The notes under the pieces are model-generated. The model was given only the letters and a program-made list of their open reading frames with translations, had not been told where the DNA came from and ran no database searches. A stretch of DNA of 64,000 bases, from the NCBI GenBank assembly GCA_002633005.1, contig NMRA01000759.1, forward strand, positions 99,195 to 163,194, given 5' to 3'. The first letter of the stretch is position 1. Each line of letters opens with the position of its first letter. This document shows positions 53,621 through 64,000 of this stretch, in pieces. This stretch comes from Phoronis australis (taxonomy: Eukaryota; Animalia; Phoronida). Position numbers and translations under genes: made by a program.

Positions 53621-56600
53621 ACATGTATTTGGCAAACATCCCGGTACAAAATGAAAAAAGTTAAAAAATCAAGTAAATGAGAAATTAACATTTTTGATTA
53701 CCCATAAAATGCGAACGTTGTTAAATGCTAACTTGATGTTATCCAACGAATATGTTTTTTTAACACCTACATGTATTATCTATTCGACAGAGGGAATTCC
53801 CACTTCATCAAACAGTGCCATTTAGGGACGTAGATGATCTGAAGTCGGAGCTTCGAAGGAATGCCAACGTGAACGCACTGGATAAGGTACGGCAGTCATT
53901 GAGTGACTGACTTGTTACAAAACTACTCCTGAAGAAATGAACTTTTTATTGAAATCTGCTTTAAACAAACATTTTTAAACTTTCAGTATTGTTGAGGAGC
54001 AAACATATTTCATCTCTGTGGTATTTATGGTTGAGCTATCAAACATATGCCTCAGTAGAATTGCTCGACATCTTTTCTGCATCTTTCGCAATTACCGATT
54101 TGTGGTTAGAGAGACCTGGATGTAAGTGGTCCATTGAATGGTTCATTATGCATCAAGGACACGTGATGTTAACACTTGGACATATTGTGAAAAGAATGAT
54201 ATGTTTGTGTGCACCAACGTGTTGGGTATTTTTCTGAAATATTCAAGGTATCTCTCAGCCAAACTAATGTTAGATACTTGGTCTATTGTTCCTTCTGACA
54301 AAGGTCCCGTAAGACAATTTGCCTATTTATGGTTAAGCTAACCTGGGATCTTCAAAACTTATTTTAGGAATCAGACAACGATTATGACAATGCAAGCATT
54401 TCAAAATAATCTGAAATATTAAATCCAGTATTAGTGACCTCCTTAACAGTGAAAAAGAAAATACACGGACACGCAGCTTTTGGAATTTTTCTGTACATGT
54501 ACCTGGAATCTGGATCAAAGATTCATGATTTATTCCAATATGTGCTCTGATTTAGCATTTGACTTTCATAAATTATACAAAAATAAGTATATCAGAAGAA
54601 TAATTCATACCTTGTACAGTGTGCCATCAAAGTGCATGTCTACTGAGGACTTAAGATTTCGTAATATATCTATGGAACTCTTTAGTTTGACAGAAATAAT
54701 TTTGTCTATGTTAGGAGTAATGAGATCATTAGTTCAAAATTTTTTACAATGTAGCTAATACACAATATTTAATCATAATTTCACTTTCACGATCAACTAA
54801 CCTTAGCCATTGAACTTCAAATTATATTGTAAAACAAGTTCCTTAACTGTTCATGTACATCATAACTTTGACCTCTTTCACAATTATTTAATTTACCCCT
54901 TTTCACAACTCCCAAAACATCGATACCACGTTGTTAGTATGAAGGTTCCTTGTGTGATCTTGTGTTTTATAAACGCAACGCAGAAAAGTTTCCCATAGTC
55001 TTTCTAGAATAAATTAAAAACTGGACCCAAGACCGTATGTGACTGACAATCAAGACCATCACAACATCACAATTACACTATTATTTCTACAGCTTAGACC
55101 ATGTGCTTTTTTGAATTGGTGTGTACTATATTTTCTTTGTTCCGGTAGGCACAGCTTGTTCTGTATCCAGTACAAGCCATAGGTGGTTGTGGTGCAGATA
55201 ATGAGGATTTGGAAAATTGTTTTGTTGTTCTACACTGACTAAAATAACAAGTAATGGCTAACATCACGATTGTGACTGTCGAAACAAATGTAGCCAACCA
55301 CTCAGTAATATTATTTTTTATCCGTGAGTAGAGGGGGTTGTAGCTCGTGCCCTGTTAAGCGGGTCGTGGGGTGAGGGGTTCGAGTGGGTTTTGGAACAAT
55401 CAAACCTGGTTTGGACGACAATTCTAAAAAATAGTCGCACAAGACTCTTCTAAATTAAGTGATGGAAAATAGAAAATGGCTACAATAATACCCATCTCTT
55501 TTACACAGTGATGTGTAGAGATAATGGCCAGAATCATACAAACCTTATGATGTTCTCAAACGGCACCTAGCTTGACAACATGGTATCATGCTGACTTGGT
55601 AGATTTAATGCACCTGCAGTGAAACATGCAAATAACTTCTTTAACATTCTCACTCTGTAATTTGCAACCGTTCATTGCTTTGTTGTTTAACCTCAGTAGT
55701 ACCCTAAAATACATGTATGAAAGCAGGATTAACGTATAAGCCTACATTGGATTTCATGTTGTTATTTGGAGCTAAGGACGTTTCAGTTATATTTTATTGG
55801 TTGTTGGAGGTGATAATTTGTGGCTGACCATGAAATCGGTGAAATGACGTTTTGATCTGTAGGAAGCACGGTAGTGCTATTTGCATAATTTGTTTAAAGT
55901 GACATTATCAGCCTGAAAACTTGGTTAGTGTGATTCTACCCGTCGATGATTCGAAAGAGGCTTAGCCCTTCCAGTTGCATATGCCGCTGGTTAAATGACT
56001 GATCATAATCCCAATAGATGCACGATAGCATAAGGTACGACATGGCTTTTTGAAACTGGCAACTATGAATGCTTCTTACCCTATTGGATTATTGAAGTTA
56101 TTCAATATCTAAACACAATTCGCCATTTCTTACGCCACTTTCTGTTTTTACCATCGGTCTTGAGCCAGATCGAATTCGTGTAGTCAAGTCTTATGGTATA
56201 GTCACTCGATAGTGATATACTAAAATTAGGATATGTGTCTGTATTTGTCTCAGCAGGCCGTGGGTCAAAAGGGTTGTGCTTTATGGGTCATGGGGTTTGT
56301 GGGTCAAAGGGGTTGTGGAATGTGGGGGTCGAGCGGGTTTTGCTACAATCCGCATAATGCTCTACATGGCATTTTTGATCTGGCAACTACGAATACTGCT
56401 TACACTTTTGGATTACAATAGACACATAATAACCCAGTGTCAGAGGTTTTATTACCAGCTTCTTTGAGTTTGGGGAGAAGAGAACGAAGATGGGTGGCAA
56501 TGGTAATCACTTCTCATTAGTAGCAATATTTTCTCCCATTTAAGATACTACTAGATTTATTTGTCGTTTAATGTTGACCCTCTTCATTGTTTGCACGGTA

Positions 56601-57149
56601 AAATTCAGTTAACTACAAAAGACTTAAAGGGATATAGGACCCATTGCAACTACTGTATATTTGTTGAGAGGCCTCTGAGTCAACCTCTGTTGGATAGCCT
56701 GCCTGAGCAACACAATTGAACAACATGACTTGCGTGCACCACTCGTTACCATAGTGGCTTTAATATCCCCGATAATGAAGCCTTGAGTGAACTTCTAGAA
56801 ATATCTTGAGTTTTGCGGAAGATTAAAAACGAGTTGTACGAAACATCTATAGAAGATTAAATTAAACAAATGAGTAGTGAATCAAATAAATGATGGGAAG
56901 TAAAAAGTGAAACGAACACACTGTGAGCCAAAACGATATGTCAGTGCAAAGAATAATTTGACACTCAATATTTTAAGAAAACTGTTTGTTAATACTATTT
57001 AATAAAAGATTGGTTTAATGGGAAGTCAACACAAATATCCTGTATCAAAGGCATGATGGATTCTGAAAAATTTAAATACCATGGTTGACAGATTTTCACC
57101 CTGAATGCAATGATGCTGAAGTTTTCAAGTGAAAATGGACCAATGCTAG

Positions 57150-57219
<70 letters not shown>

Positions 57220-59097
57220 GGTTTAAACATTTGTTAAATGTTCAATACTCGGCATACTTCATAAAGTGAAGACCACCTTATGTATCACTTCCTATTCCCA
57301 TTATGTGTTTTCTCCCACTGCATGAAATATACCTGCTTTTGATATTCTAAAATTGCTGCTTTCGGTACGCAAAAATGTGACATTTTCTTCGTAAACATTT
57401 GAAAGCCTATGAATAAGTGCAAAAACGGTGACTTGTGTATGAGAGACACATGTGTATAGGGACACATACACAAAGTTTTAAGCTGATTTTTTTATTTCTT
57501 TTCATTTTCTCGGGAAATACCCCATAATAGAGAGTTTCTGTGGATAAGTACACTGTACATATATAGTGACTCCCACAAGTGCATTTAGTATTTTCACCTT
57601 ATGCTGATGATATTGCAGATATTGCAAGTGCACCAAGACAGTTATTACAACGAAAAAATCGATTAAACAAAATTATGAGGTTCAGAAACTGGGATCCTCT
57701 ACAGAGCGTTAAAAGTTGTCGCGTAATCTCCAAATTGAGTTTAAGAGGAGCATATAACAGCAACCTGGGGGACTCATGCTAAACATTTTCTAGGGGTCCA
57801 GCATGAAGTAGATAATATCGAAGAGATTCTCTCCGTACTAAAATTTTCTGCTTTGAAAAATGAGAGACAGAAGGAGAGGAGAGGAAGAGTGAGAGGGAGA
57901 AGAAGAAGGATAGGGAGACAATGTTCCTCGCAAGAGACCTTCTTTCAGGCAAGTCTCATTCAACGACAAAATATTTTCTGCCCTCTTAAGCTGCACAGAT
58001 ATTTTCATAAATTGCCGCGCAACACGTCTAGTCTCGCTGTCTAATTCGCACATGAGACTTCCAAAACTCAACTTAGATTCATAGGTATTAATATGTGTAA
58101 CGTTATTTAAATATAGGTGATAGAACGTTCGTGTTTGTACCAGTGGTTATTATATCGAGATTCGTGATATGCAAAAGTATTTGAACAAGGGCGAATCCCA
58201 GCTGAGGATTCTTTAAAGAAGCGGGCTTACACAGATTGCTTCGCTTGTTTTTTTGTCGTTTGTCATCTTTTAACAAGGATGATCGCACATGTAATATTTT
58301 CACGAATGGACTTTTTTGCTGCCTGCATGAGAAGTCAGTTCAAGTTGTATTTTACACGAGCCACAGGCTTGGGCTGCATGCATATCTGCTATTTTCGGTA
58401 TTTTCGTCAGAGTTTGAGCTAAATCTATTTCTTAATTAAAGTTTGCTTACTATTCTAACGATTTTTCTTGACTTTGTTGAGTAATATCTGTGCAGGACAC
58501 CCAGACGATGTGGCTGATGCACGTTCATATGCTTCTTAGAAATGATCCTTGCGCGCGGTTCTTATCATTTTTAAGTAGAAAGTATTCCGAAGTTTATTGT
58601 AAAATTGACAGAAATACAATGTTTACAGAAGTTGTAATTTTGCTTTCGGGCTCGTTCTATTTTGAATGTTTTGATAACGAATTAAAAATTGACTCATATT
58701 TGACCGTAAAGAACCTCAACTGGTGTAGTGCAATCGGTTACCAAAAGTAGGCATGCATTCGTAATGTATATTGCTTTCCTAATCCCAAATATATTGTGGC
58801 AAGTTCGAGATTTTTTGTGATTTAAGTGTTCTACCCAGGTACAAAATTTCAGGGTCTATTAAGAAACATTCGCAACTACATTTTTATTTCATTTTTTGTT
58901 TAGTTTCCAGTACTCATGTCATAGTAATGGCATCACAAAATATTTCTCACGGAGCTCCACCCAAAGTGATTCAACGCGCGATGAATACGGAAAATCCATA
59001 CTCAACCAGCGTTGAATATGGACAAGTAGTTCTTCCATATCAAATCTCACAATACAACCCGTATTTCATGTCCATACTATCACGCGCATAGGATAAA
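53621..59097 (+). repeat. Segmental duplication, copy C
   Basis: Matches 27211-29768 joined at ~56115 to 31808-36422; lacks the Kolobok insertion. Confidence 0.95.
57152..57213. repeat. Compound (CA)n(TA)n microsatellite
   Basis: Read directly from the sequence. Confidence 0.97.
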
Positions 59098-59446
59098 TAT
59101 AGATTATTACATGGCGAAGTCGTTATCTAGAGCCCGAGTGGAGTTTGGAGAATTATCGCCCGAGGGGCGTTAGCCCCGAGGGTGATAATTCTCCAAAATC
59201 CACGAGGGCTCTAGATAAGGGGGATAACGGCTGAGAACATGTAATAATCTATTTATACCACATACTAAACGAGAAACATTGCAATGAATCGATTTACCTT
59301 TTCTGACTCTCCACGGCTTTGTAACTACTTTCTATGTCAGAGGCCCGGGGTCGGAGGTCGTGACCTTTTAAGAAAAGCCGGGCTATTTTTGTCAAATAAT
59401 GCTTTTACTCAAAACCAATTGAAAACTTAAATATAATAGAAATAAA
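59092..59446 (+). mobile_element. Crypton-like non-autonomous element end with a long subterminal hairpin
   Basis: Imperfect ~165 bp palindrome at 59094-59257 centred on GGGGCGTTAGCCCC; same terminus at 11920-12008; cut off by the N at 59447. Confidence 0.55.
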
Positions 59447-59448
59447 NT

Positions 59449-60626
59449 TCTGATACGGAAGACTTCAAGAAAGTGTGCCTTGAGCCTGTTGTTTTGGAGG
59501 TCATGTTGGTTTCTTTGAGAGAATTGATTGGAGAACAACTCAGAGGAACAATCACAAACAGGTTAGTTGATCATGTCTGCAGCAGGTGACCTTTCCTTTT
59601 TGCAGTGGTTAGTTATAATCCGCTCACCGACTAAGAGGTTTTCACATCGTCAAAAATATATTTTACCCTTAAAATTATCACTTAAAAGGATGTTACTTTA
59701 TTAGACTATCCTTTCTGAGTCTGTTCAAATTTTCGATGAAGCATGTCTGTGGGAATTAGTACGACTTTGGCGAAGAATTCCAACTCCACTTTATTGGTCG
59801 CCGTTAATTTTTTTACCGCGCGCGCCATAACCACAACGTATTTCAGCTGAGTCACGTGAGTTAGGCTAAGGCTAGCGCGAGACTGACGCGTGACACTTGT
59901 AAAATAGCATGACAGATAACGGGTCGAATTTGAAAGATTTGTGTTGCTTGGATTTTTATTCGTCAACAGGCGTGATTTCACGTAACTTCCTCATAATGGC
60001 ACCCGGTGAGAGAAACTCGTGCGAACTGCGACAGGTTTTCATGAACAGATTTTCATGGACATGTTCAAGTTATGTTGACTAAATAATTTACAGTCATGGT
60101 ATAAGTCAATAAATCCCGGTGCATGTACGCATATTTCATTCGATTTTATTCACTGCATTTTCTGATGAGTAACTATGGGGCTGTAATATCGCATCTCACC
60201 AGCATGCCTGCAACATTCATAGCGATGGAATTGCCTAGGATAGAAGTAGATCTACAAAGTTGGGAGAGGGTTGACATTAGTTGGAGGGCACTTTGCAATG
60301 AGGAAGCCACTTCCCCGTTCTTTTTCATTACAATAAAACTTCTACTCACAGCTGGCGCAGATTATTTTGGAGATCGACACTCTTATTTTTTGTTTAAATA
60401 TAGCTGCTGTTGTTAGCTTCAACAATTTATTTTCATTATTTGTTACAGACAGTATAGGTATGCAGCATACAGGAGCTTTACATGGTGGATCTATGGGAGA
60501 CTAGGATGAAAAACCAGAAAAGTCATACCAGCGTGCTGTGTTCTCGCAATCAGGAAAAAGTTCCCGGCACCAGATGGTGTTTATGAAGGATATGCAGATC
60601 CAGAGCTATCTGATGATGAACTGTAG
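59449..60626 (+). pseudogene. P2X7 cytoplasmic-ballast (ZCD) / Kolobok KolX-like gene remnant: exons 59449..59561 and 60449..60626
   Basis: SDTEDFKKVCLEPVVLEVML...GTITN, phase-2 GT-AG intron, then [48 protein letters not shown]; in-frame TGA at 60507-60509. Confidence 0.85.
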
Positions 60627-61499
60627 TTTTACAAATTTCACATAATTTTTGACATGATGTTTCTTCTACTTTCAGGTAAATCACACTGATGGTCCACCTT
60701 TGAAAGTCAATTGTGTTACGGGCTAAAATTAAACTTTCTGGTCACTTAACAAATGCAAACTGAGTCTCGTGTGTAATGGGATATTTAGTTGTGCAAAATA
60801 AGAAACATTTATCAAAATCTAACCATGTTTGATAAATATATGCATTTTCTTCTCTCTATTTCACAAATTTTATCGTTATGAGTGGCAATTTTAAAAATTC
60901 GAATTTTTAATGGTCAAAAATTGACAATTTTATGTCATAAAATAAACAATTGTTTTGATTTGATTAGGAATAACTCAAATCACTCTCAGTGTCTCTTAGA
61001 TGATGTTGTACTTCATCATTCAGAAGTTGTAAGGTTTTTTCTAAAACTGAATGTGGTTGAAAATCTGTTATTTCTGTGTTTTTAGCCTCACCTACAGCAA
61101 TGGATGGTAAAAAGTAAAGTTAAAACAAAACAGCAGAATATATTAGCCTAGGCAACACAGCATATTATTCAATATCCAAGCAAACCAAAAGTTTGGTAAT
61201 TCTATTGAAGTATGTTGGTAAAGGGCCAAAGGCTAAAAAAAAAAAGAAATGTTCGTACCCTCAAGTGAATTTCGTTAACATAAATGGTGATTGCAAATGA
61301 AAACGTTGCCTGTCAAATAACAATATGGCACTTATCACCATGAAAGACAAATAAATGACCATAAAACATAATGTTATCTTGTGATGCAGAAGCAAAGCTG
61401 CATTGTTCATACCATGATTTTAATAAATGACATTACTTGGTAAGTGAGTAACGTTGATCACTGACAGTTTCCTACCTAAAAATGTTAGGTTAAAAGGAT

Positions 61500-62345
61500 T
61501 TGTATTATGCGCCCACATGTGTGGGTGCACATTGCCGTCATCAGTGGTCCTCTGCCGCTGTATCTTCATAAACCCCTCATGGGATCTTGATGAGATTTGG
61601 CATATGTATTTCTATGAAGCTTACGATGGATGCTGACAAAATGAATGCCTATCCCAGTACTGGTGTGCCCCTAGTGATAATTTTAAATTTTTCTCTGTAT
61701 CTTCAGAGGTCCTCAACTTATTTTTATAAAACATGTCAGATAGGCATCTATTAGTGAGATGACGCTAGGTATCCTTACATTGTCAGGTGGATTCTAGGTA
61801 TTTTGCACCACAAAGTGGCCATTTTTACTCTTTTCAAGTCTGTTTTTGGCGTCTGCCCCCTGCCAAATATATATAAATGTTCATACTGTGAAGAGGATGT
61901 CTGACAATGATTTTCTGACGACTTTGACTATCATGGCGCCTCATAGTGGATGTTTTGTTTGTTTTTCGCCCATTGCTGTATCTCCTGAATACTCTGTAGG
62001 ATCTTTATTAAATTTAGCAAGTGTACTTATTTGAAGTTGACAACGGAAGATAATGACTGACAGTTTCATTGTTTACTCTGTTTCTGTGAAGTTCCCTGAT
62101 GATTTTCATGAAATTTGGTATATGACTTTCTATTAAGGAAATGATAACATGTTCCTGTTCTTGGATGGATTCGATTTATGGACTTTTGTGGAGCCTCCTA
62201 TTGGCAGTTTTTGCATCAAAGATTGTATCTCTCTAATCTGCAGCAGGATAACTATTAAATTTATGATAAAAATAAACACCCTTAGATGCAAACCGTTCGT
62301 GATGCAGTCCAAAGTGCATTACAAGGCTCCACGTTGCTCTGGTTA
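61500..62345 (+). mobile_element. Old Helentron-associated (HINE/DINE-1-like) repeat
   Basis: 5' hairpin GCGCCCACATGTGTGGGTGC followed by ~5 diverged core units 'tgtatct...gat(c/t)tt.at.aaatttgg'. Confidence 0.45.
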
Positions 62346-64000
62346 CCAATGCTTTTGTTTTGAGTGAAATATTTGCATTGGTATAGTGTTTATAACACTA
62401 AATTTTAACATGGCTGTTTTCAACGAAGGACACATGAATTGGATAAAAGTGTACTAAAATGTTTACCATGATGCACAATGATTAACAGCAAAATGTCATT
62501 TACGTCTTAAATGGTCTCCAAGATATGGCGCTTTGAAATATTGGAGGCCACGCCCATTTCTTTCTGGCCCTCGCGAGTTGAAATCTGATGTTGGAGGCTT
62601 CCAACTTCAAATGTTTGTGTTGATTGACAGTATATTCGATCACTACTATTCACCCAACAAATCTCATAACTGAACAGAGTGGGTATTGTTATCACGAATC
62701 CTGAATTTTACAATTGAATAGCCTCAGAATTTTAAATGAAAGCAATCAGGCACTTTAAATGACAAAAAAAAATATACTCTTGTTTTTAACTTTAAAAAGT
62801 AATAAATAATACATTTTGACGGTCAGTGTTGGAGTTATGTGGCACTAAAAAGTAACTCATAATTGTCATTAATCTGCAGTTTTCAATGACCCACTTGTGT
62901 ATAATGATTAACAAAAATAATGCTGTGTTTGAAACATCTTCATGGTCATTACATTGGTTATAAGTCTTGATCATTTTCAGCCTAAATTTATTGGGTTTAC
63001 TCTATGCTTGGACATAGAAAGTTTTAAAGTACATAATGATGTGATATAAAATGACAACTGTGGATAAGTGTCCATACAGTTGGATATTGTTTCGAGACTC
63101 AGACATCACCACTTTTATTCCTAAAGCATGGTACAAGTATATTGCTGAAATTAATGGCAATGTTGCAATAGACAAAGTATTTATTGTTAGATTTTGCTGA
63201 AATTATTTTGTTTATCGGGCAGGATGCTGTTCAAGAGTTCCATTGGAACAATTCCCAAGCATGCGTTATTTCTGAAAGTGTGGACCTTCATTGTAATTTA
63301 CGCGTTTGCATAGCACCCATGAGTGAAGCATTGTTATATGGTGGACCTTTACAATTTTGCCATTTCATTTTTCTGCGTACGCATATTCATATGTGTGTGC
63401 ATATTGCCATCATCTGTCTGGGCTTCTGGATTTCCTAAACCTAGTCTATGAGAGAGACGACACCACCTTCCTATTTTTTTTGCAAGGTATAACCCATTAT
63501 GAACCATCTAATGGCCACTTCGTGATACCGATGAACACCCCTAGAAGCATATGTACGGTTGCGGTGCAATTATAGGTGCATTTCAACACAATGCATTGCT
63601 CTTGTGTAAGTGAAAAGCCTTACTATTCATTATATACTCGTCATAGGTGTTACATGTATGTAGAGCTAGGTTTTATCGGCTGTTTGGCATTTTCATAGAG
63701 GCTGCCTTTGTAGCTGTTAACTCTTTATTAGCAGGTTGTTGAATCTACAGTAGAATAGGAGGAAGAAACACACGAGTAATATCGACATGCTGTGTCATTG
63801 CAATCGGTAAGGGCTGTTCCAGCAAAATCCGTATGTTAGGGGGGAAGGCAGATGAAAAAGATTAATGGGTGGACAACTTGATAGCAGACACCTGTTGTGC
63901 AACCAAATTAGAATGAAAATTACTGCAACATTGAACTGGTTTTAACACATTTTAGAAATTCTTAATAATTTCTTAATAACAATTATGAGTCATATAGACA

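Noticed and set aside
57579-57782. YADD motif (PYADDIADIASAPRQLLQR), also at ~34895
   Set aside because: Resembles a LINE reverse-transcriptase motif but is too short, with no other RT motifs around it.
62500-63600. Exon-like minus-strand stretches
   Set aside because: In-frame stops, no recognisable domain and no consistent splice chain.

Overview
AT-rich, repeat-dense animal genomic DNA, probably a marine invertebrate (inferred from its spliceosomal introns and transposon families). Nearly all ORFs in the supplied track are spurious. One intact-looking gene is present: a + strand carbonyl reductase (CBR1/CBR3-like SDR) with 7 coding exons at 731-10762. Its start exon was not found, it has a GC-AG intron, and Ala replaces the catalytic Ser. 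The rest is a transposon and segmental-duplication mosaic. It holds a CACTA-like element, a solo LTR, Penelope-like remnants with hammerhead-like termini, a Kolobok/THAP element and a hAT element (both with empty sites visible in paralogous copies), SINE-like, Crypton-like and Helentron-like repeats, an orphan ankyrin exon, and two spliced exons of a P2X7-ballast/KolX-like pseudogene. Block 22.5-36.4 kb recurs in rearranged form at 40.8-51.2 and 53.6-59.1 kb. Comparing the copies shows repeated TA to TACATGTA insertions that look like Tc1/mariner excision footprints. I cannot show a wholly new biological system from the sequence alone. All family assignments come from motif recognition by eye, not database searches.
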